A stretch of DNA of 64,000 bases from Balanoglossus misakiensis (Eukaryota > Animalia > Hemichordata): contig CM082579.2 of assembly GCA_040954595.2 (NCBI GenBank), positions 12,587,834 to 12,651,833 of the forward strand, in the 5' to 3' direction. The notes under the pieces are model-generated. The model ran no database searches. It saw only the letters and a program-made list of their open reading frames with translations, and had not been told where the DNA came from. Shown here piece by piece: positions 47,920 to 61,559 of the stretch. Position 1 is the first letter of the stretch, and each line of letters starts with the position of its first letter. The position numbers and the translations under genes are program-made.

Positions 47920-50762
47920 TCAACAGTCATCAACACTAGACACATCACTGTCACTGCTTGTTGTTTCCTGTGGTGGGATATTGTCTGAAATATTCACAAG
48001 CACATCTCTTTTGAGTTTTTCTTTCAAAGAAGATGTCAAAATCTCTGGGACAATGAAATTTGTGAAAAAAGCCACTGAGGCTGGCAAGAGCGACTCCAAC
48101 CAGTATTTTTCATCAAACTCAACAGGAACAACAAGCAGTCCCTTGCGTGTCCATACAACAAAATCCAAGATGTACACTTGTGATACTGCCATTTGAACAG
48201 TTACTTGTTCAAAATAGCCTCTTGTGTGATTCTTTCTCAAAGTGTAAATTCCTGATTGACTATCATAAGAAATATAGTCAATTAACTTGTTATGAACAGC
48301 CTCCTGTGGAGATATATGCCTGTGCTTATATGGACACTTTACTTCAATCAATTTCTTAGGACAGGTGTCACAACTACAGGTTACTATACCATCAGGTGAA
48401 GCCCTAATGTAAGCAAAGTCTTCATGTACTAACAATCCCTGTGGAATTACATCAAGTTTACAGTTCTCATTTGATTGAGTTTGTATGTATTTATGTATAG
48501 CAGTGGTTTCATGCTCAATTCCCCACTCCATTGCCACACTCTTGTATTCACAAGATTTATAACCCATGATATCTGACATGAGATTATCTGCAGATGATTT
48601 ACCAGTATTTAAGAATGAGACAATGCGCTTAAATTTAGTGGAAGTTACAGAGCCTTTTCTCTGTTGAATCCATTCATTGTTATATCCTTGCCCCAAAGTA
48701 ATATTTGCAACTTTGTCTCTTTCTTCAGAAGTGAGTTTACAATCATTTAGAAATCGCAGTTTCTCTGTAACATATTTCTCGTTTAGTGTGTTTTCACACT
48801 GTAAATGTGGCATTTCTGGAATAGCCATTGGAGTTGTTTCTGTTGTGATTTCTTTAGAAAATGCTAATACAGAGTCAAGGTCATTTCCATCATCAGGTAG
48901 CGTTTTCACTGGAGAAGATATGCTTGGTTCGGAAGACCTGAATCTGCTCATATCCAGGAGATGTACGATGGGTGGCTGTGGCAAGTTAATATTGGCATTC
49001 AATATGTCATGCTTCAATTTTAAAATTCTGTCACAAGATGTGGTAGTCAGTAACTGCTGAGGCTTCACAGGCTCATGTTTTCCAATGGACAAGCCTGACT
49101 GCTTCTTATTCCTACCCAGCTGTATCTCCTTTAATGGAACAGGAGTAACTCCAGCACCTAGTAAATAGAAGCAAAAGGCCAACATTATAATACAACCTGA
49201 AATATTTGCATTTCTTGGTTTTGTTCATATCATGATATTTTACACTTAAAGTCTAAAAGGAAATAAACAATATACAAGGCATTCATAAATGTTCAAATCA
49301 AAATCAAATTAATATGCACAATTTACACGTACCAAGTAAACAGTGACTACCCGGGTAGGTTTTTCATGGCTTTATAGGAAGATTGTTTACCTAAACAACA
49401 GCTATTCCAAAATTGTTTTCCTGCAATTGTGGCTATAGAACTCCACATATAACTTTTGTGAAAATGTAAGGATTGAGTCTGTGTTAATCTTAAAATGTGA
49501 CTCCAAATACACTTGGGAAACACACACTGACACCTGAACTGCTATACAATAAGACTCTGCATATTGACCAATATTGATATTACCTTTTGGTTCTGCCCAC
49601 TGACATGGTATTTCTGTACATGATGGACCATCAGGCAGTTTATCAAATCCACCTGCAACTACCTCAGCAGCAAGAAACAATAAGGCGCCAACATGAGAAC
49701 ATATCTGTCCAGGGCTGAAATACGATGGAATAATTGGTGATTAAAGATGCAATTACAGACACCCTCCTGTACCAACTTAGGCACTTAATGCACAACAACT
49801 TTTCTTGTCTGATCTGTCAGTACTTCAATAGAGATCTACCAGAATCAATTTCCAATTAAAAAGTTAACAATTATTTACTACAGTGTAACAGTTCACGACA
49901 CGATACTAGTATATAGCACAATTCACTCAACACATGCACTCACCTGTGCCTTGAGCATATATGTCGTGAATTATGCTATAACTATACCTGTCCATGCTCT
50001 TGATGTGGGGTTATTGCTTTAAATGTACATGTATATGATATACTGCCCCTTAGGCTTTGATAAGAAAGCTTAGGGTAAAGTCTTATATAAATTACAAAAT
50101 AATAATAAACCACATCACAAGACTTACCCTGCTGTACAAATGCAATAACCACTATAGGGTTGACCAGTACACTTGTCCAATACTGCAAAACACCATTTAA
50201 CTCTTTGTGGGTCTGTTGATTGTGATGCAATGCACTGTCCACTAATGAGACAAAACAAGCCACTTTTACCATTCGGGTTGAATTTCACTGAATGGAGATG
50301 ACCTGACACAATGTGTTGGTAACTTCTCGACACTTTGTATTTACGGAGATCTGTTTCTGTGAACTCAGAACTATTACATCGTAGTAAATATTGTTTAACT
50401 TTTGAAACATCCACTTCAGGCATACTACTGATGTCTGTTGTCCAGCCTTTTATCGATTTCACAACATCAGGCGTAAGGGCTTGTAACTCGATCCGTTCAT
50501 TGTCAGATAGCAAATTCACCGGTTGTTTACGCGTACACGTCGCTGCAATATCGCGACTATTTTTCGATGGGGTTGAAACATTGCCTACGGTGGAGATCGA
50601 CAATTTGTGACACAATAAGACTTCTTGTGCGCTTCTTCCGACATCAACAGTAATACCGACCTGTTTACAACACGCGTCGAGTTGTCTCTTTGTAAGAGAC
50701 TTGACCTGTTTCCATGATTTGAGGTAATTCAACGAGCAGACGACAGCTGCCGGGCGATCCAT
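47920..50762 (-). CDS. SWIM zinc finger + YqaJ/lambda-exonuclease protein, 3 exons
   Basis: Exons 50762-50128, 49714-49584, 49157-47920 join in phase: SWIM CICTAG|PGQICSH, SCTEIPCQW, then WGIEHE, RASPDGIV, IEVKCPY (PD-(D/E)xK), YFEQV. Confidence 0.87.
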
Positions 50763-50875
50763 TGTTGTAAACCACAGTGACCCGGTAACTAAACATGGCG
50801 TCGCCAGACCGGAACCAATCACTAGCGCAAAGCATTATGGGAATTGTCGAAATGAAGCATACACACGGTGCCTAT

Positions 50876-51301
50876 TAGTCTCGGTTACCCAGAGCCCTCT
50901 GCTTCTTCCGTTAGGCACTCCAGAAAGAGGGTCTGGGGAAACCCGGTAGACAAACCGTCAGGCGGAATCGGGACAGCTGCGATGCATGACGGGAGATTAA
51001 TATTCCAAAATGGCGACGTCCTGCGCGCGAACCCACGGCCGACATGTATGACATACGATAAAGAAAACATGCTGAGAAGTGCTAGACCTGCTAAAACTGT
51101 ATACAAATTGAAAAGAGAGAGAGAAGTTCGGTAAATAGTTTTCTAATATCGACATATCATAATATCGTATCGAATATGAATCTCCCGTCATGCATCGCAG
51201 CTGTCCCGATTCCGCCTGACGGTTTGTCTACCGGGTTTCCCCAGACCCTCTTTCTGGAGTGCCTAACGGAAGAAGCAGAGGGCTCTGGGTAACCGAGACT
51301 A
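50876..51301. mobile_element. AcademH-type MITE (TAG...CTA, ~123-bp perfect TIRs, 9-bp TSD)
   Basis: TAGTCTCGGTTACCCAGAGCCC...GACGGGAGATT mirrored at 51179-51301; GGTGCCTAT at 50867-50875 and 51302-51310. Confidence 0.9.
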
Positions 51302-51319
51302 GGTGCCTATCCCCTATAG

Positions 51320-52620
51320 CAGTCGGCCCGATCGCCAAAAAAGGAAATCTCATGAATATTTAAATTTGTGTCAAAGGTAACGTTTCGCCCAATCAGAAAT
51401 ATGCACAAATGACACGCGCGAAGGAATGTCAACAAGGCCAGTGCCTTTTGCTAACACTGACATCCTGAGGCTGTCTTGCACTAGGTAACCTCTCCGCCCG
51501 CCAAGCTCTTGGTATCCGAAAAATAGACCTTGGCAGAACAAATCCTTTGACCGTGGACGGTGTTTTTTTATATAGCGGTTTCCGCATTGGTTCGTTAGGG
51601 AAATTTTGGTCGATCCAACAACCCGTGCGAGCTGACGATGACTCAGTAAATGCTTCCAGTAAACTTTGGGCCTCACTATCCAGTGTCAGTGCGGCCGTAT
51701 TTAAAACCCAAGTTGATTTAAGTGAAGAGCAGGGCAGTATAACGATCCATACTTGTGCTAGTCGGACTATATCAGCTACATGTATGGTATAAAGACGCAA
51801 CTGATACAGGGGCAACAGCGATACTCGTAGTATACTCTGTACGGTGACTGTGAGCGTGCATGAGCGGTGTTGTGAGCTATTACGCGGCGCGTATGTTGTA
51901 ATTTACGTTTGGCAAAGTTGCTAACAGTTTCCAAGTTGACACCGCACATTCATGAGGTAATCGTCATATTTTGTGAATTCGACTCTTTCTATCATTTACG
52001 GTAATTGGTGATTGTGAATAAAAAAAATCATGAAACTTTCGGATCGAGAGTGACTGAGCCACGGCCTAGCTCACGCACAAGATTGTTATCATTGCCGTTG
52101 TGTATATAGCACGGAGCTCCTTGTGTATATAGTGAGGGCATGGCAGAAATTATCAGTTGTTGCTACAAAACGCAACGGTCGATTTCAAAACGCAACGGTA
52201 GATCACTAGAGCGTGTATCAATGTGTCCTCGGACAAAATCGTGAGCGTTTAGGCGACCTAGATTTTATTTAATTGAACTAAGACCCCGCACTAAAACTTC
52301 AGAAGCATACAAGAATAGCCATCATCGCCGTTGTCGACAGTGAGAACGTAGGCATGGCAGAAATTATCAGCTGTCGCTAAACAACGCAACGGTTGATTTC
52401 AAAACGCATCGGTAGATCGCTAGAGCACCTTTCAAGGAATCCTCAGGCAAAAATTTGAGTATTTAGGCGAATTCGACTTCATTTAACAGAACTTAAACCG
52501 AGGGCATGCGAATTTTCTCTGGAACTGATTGTCTCGAGCGATCTGATTGGCCGAAAAGTTACCTCTGACATCAAATTTAAATATTCATGAGATTTCCTTT
52601 TTTGGCGATCGGGCCGACTG
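51320..52620. mobile_element. Non-autonomous TIR element, CAG termini, 5-bp TSD TATAG
   Basis: TIR CAGTCGGCCCGATCGCCAAAAAAGGAAATCTCATGAATATTTAAATTTG (48 bp perfect, ~78 bp imperfect); TATAG at 51315-51319 and 52621-52625; internal ~214-bp direct repeat (52137/52351). Confidence 0.92.
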
Positions 52621-54485
52621 TATAGAGGTACGCGTACGGTGTGGTTTTGCACATAAAGTTAACACTGACCTAGCTTTAGTACATTTCTCGTCCACACCAA
52701 ACAAACCTATGAAATATTTTATTCTTTGTTCATTGAGGACGTCGCGTTTATGCTAAGTTTATTAATATCTATACACTTTATTGTTCCATGACGCCCGTGG
52801 TCTCACAAGGTCGACCCCTCCCCCAGGATCTCAGTCCCACAGCCACTTCATCCACCTACTCATCACATTTCCTCTCTACCACTTCCCTTTTGGGGGTCAA
52901 GTTCAGTCATTCTTCCTTAGTTTGGGCCTTGAATGTCATCCTGACCACCATATCTCGGAAGTGCACAACCTCCCTCACATTTCGGCCTGTCAGGATGGAT
53001 TCACCCACAGGACCAGGTTTTACTGTTTGACTGAAGGGGCCCCTCCCATTTTTAGGTTAGTGTCGTTTATATAGAATAGCTGGATTAGCTGCATTTTAAT
53101 TATGATTAATTAATTTCTTAACTACCACACTGACCCTGTTCGAGCTTTTTTTCTTACAGCCAAATTGGAAACTGTGTTACAAGCACAACATCAACGGAAT
53201 CAACATTTTGATTCAAAAATTAATTATGTATGAAAGTAAACTTGTTGTACAGCAAGCTTACGTTTTACAAGGGTTTACTGAGAGTTCGCCCAGCCGAAAG
53301 GGCGCCCATGGGCAGTTATATGGGGGGGGGGGGGGGGGGGTGGGCCGTTATTCAGAATTACGTTTTCACTTTGAACTTGGTCAGTGGCATTTCACTTTGA
53401 CCAATCCACTGTAAAAAGTCAAAGAAAGAAGTAGTAAGAAGCTTAAAAAGGTTAAAATAGTAAGAAATCTCAAAAATTTGCTGCAGTGCCTATGATCATT
53501 CCTCCCTATCAACCATACTAAATATGTAAGTGGAATGGTCCAGAAGAACGTCAACTGTGGCCGTTAATTACCCATTTCACTTCTCCATTTAGCTAAATGG
53601 TAGATAAACTTTTCTGTCGATTAACGGCCCTGGGGGGTTAATTAGCTCCACATGTACACCATACAATGCAGCCATTTTCTGTATAACGGCCCTGGGCAAA
53701 CTCTAAGTAAAACACGGAATATTTGCCAGTGGTACATGTATGAGGGAAAGCTAAAATTGTCTGATGGAGCCAATGAGGAAAAAACAAGTCTTTGTTTTTC
53801 AGTATTTTGAGAAAAAGAACAGGGCCTGCAAGTTACACCATCATTGTTTCCCACTTGCAAGTGATTTACAAGAAACGATGTGAAAAACATTTTCCAATTT
53901 CCGAATTACATAATTATTGCTGAAAAAGGTAGAAAATTATGAAAATATTCCCTATTCTTTGCCAATTTCTAATGAAAAAATACATATAGGTACTTTTAGT
54001 ATTTTTCCTGAAGCTGTACAGAAGGAAAATTGCCATGCAAACTTATTTCTGTGACAATAGGAAAAGAAAACAAGAAGATGTTGACTGGAAACATGGCTGC
54101 GTTTAAGGAAAAGCAAGCGGAGGGTAATTGTGTATACATAAATTCAAATTGTACTCCGAAGCTATCCGGTACGAATCAGCAACACCAAGAAATACATGTA
54201 CTTTATTGAACAGTAACATAGGAATGTTTCTTTAATTGTATGATCTGTTCTGTTTTCTGACAACCATGTTTCTAATCAGATTCACTTGTAGAGCAACTAG
54301 TTGGCAGTGACAAATTCTGATATCTATTTGTGTAGTAAGTTCGTTTTGTGGTCTGTGAAATTGTGCAAGGGTCTCTGTTATTTGGCATTTAGACAATTTC
54401 TTTAATACATCCACTCTCTGTGGTTCTCTCCATTTTATGTACTTTTTCTTCTGCACATTTATGAAAAGAGGGCATCCTTTTAAAT

Positions 54486-54887
54486 ATGTCGATAGGGTTG
54501 AAGTATAATGAAAGAACCAGGGTCATGTTGTTAACAAGAAGAAAGAAAATTTATAGAAGTGCACTTCAGTGGAGTAGACCCAGAAAAAAATGTGTGCAGT
54601 CTGTGTTACTCAACACAGACTACATATCTAGTGAAGACACCAATTCCTGTTGTTCTTCACCTTCTGGATGTGACGACTACAATGTAGCATACAACAGGAG
54701 AGCCAAACAACTTAGATGGAGGCCATTAACCTGGTGGGCAAACCGACTTCAATCAATATTTGACATGCTGGACAAGTGCCACGAGAAGAGACTACAGAAG
54801 ATTGGGGGGGGGGGGGGGTTGTCCACACCAGACGAGATGGTGCTCCATCTCTCAGATGATCCACCAAGTTGGGCTTCTTGTAGATAA
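54486..54887 (+). pseudogene. Possible relic of a transposon accessory ORF
   Basis: DYISSED...WRPLTWWANRLQSIFDMLD resembles a MSSE..PLPWRS..LD motif I associate with DNA-transposon ORFs; no further support. Confidence 0.25.
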
Positions 54888-56476
54888 ATTTTAAATCTTC
54901 TTAATTAAAGTACCTTCCTATGTATATACATGTACAACTTATTTATTCTTTTTCAGTTAATTTTAAAGAATGTTTTTCTTCCATTTGCAATAAATATAAT
55001 GAAACTGGATGATTTATCTGACTGTCTTTGCATAACTTTTGGAGTGGTCAATTGTCTGTTGCATCAGTGTGTGTGTGATTATGAGTGCCGGCTTTGTGTT
55101 TCTGTATGTCTGATGAAAGTCTCAGAAAAATGTAACTGCCAATTGCCAAGGCGATATTTGAGGGTACTATGGCCACATGTACACAACTGTGACACCCCCC
55201 CTGTAGTTATGTAATGAAAGTCTCTGCTGTACAGGGTAAAACATGCATTACTTTTCTTCCCTTACATTTGTTCAGACAGTATTTGTGGGTGGTAGAGCCA
55301 CCTTTCACCTATAATTTACCTCTAGTATGATAGTTGGATGTGGTATCATTTCCCTACTACTTATAAAGCACCTGAAGTATATGCCTATACAAATGGTAGA
55401 CAAAGCAGGGATACAGTGCAACAAATGATTACGTGTTCAAGTGATTTACGCATGTATCTAAGAAGGGAATGTATGGCAAGTGTCTCTGTAAAGTTACAAA
55501 TGTGAACAAAGTAGTAAGAGGTATCACATGGTCAAACATGGAACTTTAGCGCAATTTACCAGGTACTTTGCCTGCCCATACAAATCCAATTTTTGGTACA
55601 GTGACGTTCAAAGAAATTAGCATCAAATCATTGGGACAGCCAATATTTAATTCTCAACAAGTTAAATGACGTTGTCTACCAAATTCAGCGCAGTCAATTT
55701 TCAAAGCCGAAAGTAGTACACTTCGACCAACTAAAATTATATGAGGGCACTGCAATGATTGATTGGCGGGTAACGTAATCGGCAACCAAGGAGTTTTTGC
55801 TGACACCATGAAATAAATTGACGGTATCGCAAACGCCAAATCAGGAAGATAATACAAGGTCTGATTACTGTGGCCGTGGGTAACCTGACAAAGCACATTT
55901 TCTCATTGCTCGTTTTAAATCTGTTTCAGGTGGAAGATATAGGGATCTGTTACTCTGACCGACATTCTGCACTTTACAACAGGAGCAGAAGAAGAACCAG
56001 TTCTACGTTTCAGAATTAGTCTGGCCATAGCATTTGTGCCAGTGCAGCAGTCATTTTTGCCAACTGCAAATACATGTTTAAATTTGTTATCAGCGGAGAC
56101 CAACAGCTGCACATCAGTTACCATCATGTTTGTACTACAGTAAAGGTACATTTGCCAATGAATGCTTTTGCATGTATTCTTCCATCGTTGCAAACCACGG
56201 CCCTTTTACGGCAGCGCTCTGCTCCCCGCAAAAAGGCCGTGGTATAATACGGCCATGTATTCAGTATTTGGTCTAGGCGCTTTCACAGTACATCCAACAA
56301 CCAATCAGACAAGTGCTCTTGTCCCAGCTCTCCTTGAGAGACGGGCTTTGATTGGCCAGATTATAATGATGTCATCTCATGAATATGCATTACCAATATG
56401 TTCAAATACCAGCGCGGTACTCCATTTTAACCAGAGTACGTGATTTCGATAGTGAAACGAAAGAAATCCGTAGTCT

Positions 56477-59400
56477 GGTGGGGCGAGAATGGTATTCTTC
56501 ATGATGAGAGAACTTTCATTAGTTTGTTAAAATACTTGTTTCGAAATCTACCTGCTTTTCACATGAAATAGTTTACCTTGTAATATGTTTAACGCATGGT
56601 AGTGGATAATTGCTTCATAAATACTACATGATGCTAAAATGTTGATTGAGTGCATATTATGGGGGTCACACAAGGACCATTAAGACGTTTCTGAAACGTC
56701 TCATATCAAATGCACCCTATGGTGCCATATCTACAGTATCAATATTCCACTTGCTAAATACCCAATAAACAATGACTCTTTTGTTAGTTTTCCAACTAGA
56801 ACTCAAAACATAACACTGCAATCAACACCACATACAAGGTACCTCTCTTTTAATGCATTCCATATTTTCTATTTACAGTTTTTGAATCCTTTCCTCTACT
56901 GTGATGCCTTGTTAGATAAGAATTAACTTCTTTGACAATTATTACATTACACATTTCAAATCAATCCTACTTTTCTTTACTGTGATGACTTTTTAGATTA
57001 CCAACATTTCTGTTCATTATAACTTTTTTTTACATAACAGTTAATAGAAAGCAGAATTAATTTAAAACTATAAACGCTGGTCGGCGAATCAATCAGCTGC
57101 CGTCACCAGTAAGTACATGTAACATGTCATACATGATATATGATACTCAGTACTTTTACCAAGTTTACGCAAGTTCTCAACAAATTACATGTTAGGCTGC
57201 CTTCACACACACAAAACAACTTCTTGGGGGGGGGGTATTCTAAAATGATTGGGTATTTGCAGGCAGGGTATATTAAAAGTTTAGAGACTGACACTTAATT
57301 ACTTTCAGTCATGAAAAATGTTTAACCTTTCAGTATAAATTAGCCTTCCTTTTTCTCAACACCAGCAACAGCAATACCAGCATTGCCATGTACAGAGCAA
57401 TAGAAGATGGTATACAGAACAGTTCTGGTTTTGGATGTGTCTAAGGTAAGATATTTTAATTACTGTAACTTAGGATTTAGCATCTCTGTCTCACCAACAT
57501 ACATGTTCACTTAAGTACAGTCACACAAATCATCTTTAGAGTCATCATAGCTTATACAATTAGGTTATACATTTTCAAAGAACCCAGTACAGATTAAAAT
57601 GGTTGTAGAACAAAACTGCATATTTTGTATATTTGTGACACTGGCAAACAAGAATAAACATTCATCAAAAAAAGTGATTGTTTCTTCTTGATTTCAAATG
57701 AGCTGAAAATGGATGCTTGTTTAACTATAAATTCTAAACACATAATTTTTTTTAAGTTAAAGTGTAACAGGTTTCATTTCTTGTTTCAGGCAAAGTATCC
57801 AATAAAATAAAATGGTAATTACTTTGGAAGAATCAGTCAGTCAGTTAGATGCTACCAGCATATGCTAACACATTTTGTTCTGTTATGTCCGATCCAAAGG
57901 TGCTCAGATATCTATAGACAGCAACCAAGGCAGTATTGTGCGGTACATTTATATTGTGAATGCACTTCTTCCAGGGCTCGACATTAACTTTCTTGTTATT
58001 GTCAAGTCTGACTACCAGTATTCTAAAATGGTTGTCACTGGGGAAGATCTGATAGTCATACATAATGTATTTTTATAGCTTCTACATGACGAAAGTTGAA
58101 TGAATGTGTCAATGAAGTGATTTATTACATACTTTGCTGCCTGCATGATCTACCTAAATTATTTTGAAACTAAATTTGGTACTTTTGCATTTATCAGTCA
58201 AAATTACTTTGTTAGCTGGCATTCAATAATTTTCATGGTAGTCAAGTGTGGCTACCACTTTTTGCACTTGGTGACGATTCATCAATATCTCAGAGAATTT
58301 TGAGCAATCATGTCGAAACGCCTAACTTCGAGCAGCAGCCTCATATCATTGTGGCTTAGCCGCGATCAATAACACTCGGTCGAGCTTGAGATTGCAGAGA
58401 CTGCAGCCATGTCACCGTCGAAATGGAAAGCATGCAAGTACACCGTCTGTCAACAGCCCCAAAAGAAGAAAAACGGGGATTGACCAAGCCTGGAAACGGG
58501 AATACCCGTGGTTGGAAGAAACAACCATTTCCAAAGGTAGGTTTATACTTTCTTGACAAGTGCGAATTCGAATTTTTCGTAAATAGTGCGTCATGACACT
58601 AATATGTAATCCAACCAGTGTTTGTACCTACTTGCACCTACATGCACACCAAACCCACCACTCTGAACCAACCCCCTCAAACTGACAACTAAAAGGTAGT
58701 GTAGCAATCTTTAAAAAATGCATTGTTGATATTCTCATCTTTTCCAAGAACTGACCTATTCTGAAGGCACGCGACGTCTGCTAATCACCGGGTTCAATGC
58801 CTATGGCATGAATCACACTGAACGAGCCCATCAGTCTCATTATAGAATTTAAAGTAAAGTAAAACCCTTTATTTCTCTCATTTTTACCCAATTGCTTAAA
58901 AAAAATGTTCCATGTCTGGGACTACTCGATTCCGCTGGACTTTTATTGCAGTCTTTAACCAGAGGTGGGGCGAGAATGGTATTCTTCATGATGAGAGAAC
59001 TTTCATTAGTTTGTTAAAATACTTGTTTCGAAATCTACCTGCTTTTCACATGAAATAGTTTACCTTGTAAAATGTTTAACGCATGGTAGTGGATAATTGC
59101 TTCATAAATACTACATGATGCTAAAATGTTGATTGAGTGCATATTATGGGGGTCACACAAGGACCATTAAGACGTTTCTGAAACGTCTCATATCAAATGC
59201 ACCCTATGGTGCCATATCTACAGTATCAATATTCCACTTGCTAAATACCCAATAAACAATGACTCTTTTGTTAGTTTTCCAACTAGAACTCAAAACATAA
59301 CACTGCAATCAACACCACATACAAGGTACCTCTCTTTTAATGCATTCCATATTTTCTATTTACAGTTTTTGAATCCTTTCCTCTACTGTGATGCCTTGTT

Positions 59401-61534
59401 AGATAAGAATTAACTTCTTTGACAATTATTACATTACACATTTCAAATCAATCCTACTTTTCTTTACTGTGATGACTTTTTAGATTACCAACATTTCTGT
59501 TCATTATAACTTTTTTTTACATAACAGTTAATAGAAAGCAGAATTAATTTAAAACTATAAACGCTGGTCGGCGAATCAATCAGCTGCCGTCACCAGTAAG
59601 TACATGTAACATGTCATACATGATATATGATACTCAGTACTTTTACCAAGTTTACGCAAGTTCTCAACAAATTACATGTTAGGCTGCCTTCACACACACA
59701 AAACAACTTCTTGGGGGGGGGGTATTCTAAAATGATTGGGTATTTGCAGGCAGGGTATATTAAAAGTTTAGAGACTGACACTTAATTACTTTCAGTCATG
59801 AAAAATGTTTAACCTTTCAGTATAAATTAGCCTTCCTTTTTCTCAACACCAGCAACAGCAATACCAGCATTGCCATGTACAGAGCAATAGAAGATTTTTC
59901 CCCACGGCAAACACCTGTGCAAATATATTGGAAATACCCTTGGTGGAGTCCTACACTGTTAAAGAGTGTATGGAATTTGGTATACAGAACAATTCTGGTT
60001 TTGGATGTGTCTAAGGTAAGATATTTTAATTACTGTAACTTAGGATTTAGCATCTCTGTCTCACCAACATACATGTTCACTTAAGTACAGTCACACAAAT
60101 CATCTTTAGAGTCATCATAGCTTATACAATTAGGTTATACATTTTCAAAGAACCCAGTACAGATTAAAATGGTTGTAGAACAAAACTGCATATTTTGTAT
60201 ATTTGTGACACTGGCAAACAAGAATAAACATTCATCAAAAAAAGTGATTGTTTCTTCTTGATTTCAAATGAGCTGAAAATGGATGCTTGTTTAACTATAA
60301 ATTCTAAACACATAATTTTTTTTAAGTTAAAGTGTAACAGGTTTCATTTCTTGTTTCAGGCAAAGTATCCAATAAAATAAAATGGTAATTACTTTGGAAG
60401 AATCAGTCAGTCAGTTAGATGCTACCAGCATATGCTAACACATTTTGTTCTGTTATGTCCGATCCAAAGGTGCTCAGATATCTATAGACAGCAACCAAGG
60501 CAGTATTGTGCGGTACATTTATATTGTGAATGCACTTCTTCCAGGGCTCGACATTAACTTTCTTGTTATTGTCAAGTCTGACTACCAGTATTCTAAAATG
60601 GTTGTCACTGGGGAAGATCTGATAGTCATACATAATGTATTTTTATAGCTTCTACATGACGAAAGTTGAATGAATGTGTCAATGAAGTGATTTATTACAT
60701 ACTTTGCTGCCTGCATGATCTACCTAAATTATTTTGAAACTAAATTTGGTACTTTTGCATTTATCAGTCAAAATTACTTTGTTAGCTGGCATTCAATAAT
60801 TTTCATGGTAGTCAAGTGTGGCTACCACTTTTTGCACTTGGTGACGATTCATCAATATCTCAGAGAATTTTGAGCAATCATGTCGAAACGCCTAACTTCG
60901 AGCAGCAGCCTCATATCATTGTGGCTTAGCCGCGATCAATAACACTCGGTCGAGCTTGAGATTGCAGAGACTGCAGCCATGTCACCGTCGAAATGGAAAG
61001 CATGCAAGTACACCGTCTGTCAACAGCCCCAAAAGAAGAAAAACGGGGATTGACCAAGCCTGGAAACGGGAATACCCGTGGTTGGAAGAAACAACCATTT
61101 CCAAAGGTAGGTTTATACTTTCTTGACAAGTGCGAATTCGAATTTTTCGTAAATAGTGCGTCATGACACTAATATGTAATCCAACCAGTGTTTGTACCTA
61201 CTTGCACCTACATGCACACCAAACCCACCACTCTGAACCAACCCCCTCAAACTGACAACTAAAAGGTAGTGTAGCAATCTTTAAAAAATGCATTGTTGAT
61301 ATTCTCATCTTTTCCAAGAACTGACCTATTCTGAAGGCACGCGACGTCTGCTAATCACCGGGTTCAATGCCTATGGCATGAATCACACTGAACGAGCCCA
61401 TCAGTCTCATTATAGAATTTAAAGTAAAGTAAAACCCTTTATTTCTCTCATTTTTACCCAATTGCTTAAAAAAAATGTTCCATGTCTGGGACTACTCGAT
61501 TCCGCTGGACTTTTATTGCAGTCTTTAACCAGAG
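56477..61534 (+). repeat. Head-to-tail duplication of a ~2.5-kb segment (56477-58964 and 58964-61534)
   Basis: Near-identical sequence and identical ORFs (57845/60415, 58356/60926); offset 2487 before and 2570 after an 83-bp indel at ~57408/59896. Confidence 0.96.
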
Positions 61535-61559
61535 ACATTCATTTCACAATGTCATAATA

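Larger units (their letters stand above)
43798..52799. mobile_element. ~9-kb two-gene DNA transposon with CACGGGCG TIRs and 7-bp TSD
   Basis: TIR CACGGGCGTCATGGAACAATAAAGTGTAT (29 bp perfect, imperfect to ~120 bp); GTCTCAC at 43791-43797 and 52800-52806; contains convergent transposase and YqaJ genes. Confidence 0.88.

Noticed and set aside
47700-47920. C-terminal PHD finger for the YqaJ protein
   Set aside because: Some Cys codons occur after the stop but no convincing C4HC3 pattern in any frame.
47920-49185. YqaJ exonuclease as prophage or bacterial contamination
   Set aside because: It has spliceosomal introns and a SWIM finger and is paired with a THAP transposase inside TIRs, a known eukaryotic transposon arrangement.
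53557-56256. Possible TIR pair (TGGCCGTTAATTACC / GGTATAATACGGCCA) around the 54486 ORF
   Set aside because: The match is weak and no TSD is evident.
56477-61534. LTR pair
   Set aside because: The copies abut with no internal region, PBS/PPT, TG..CA ends or TSD.
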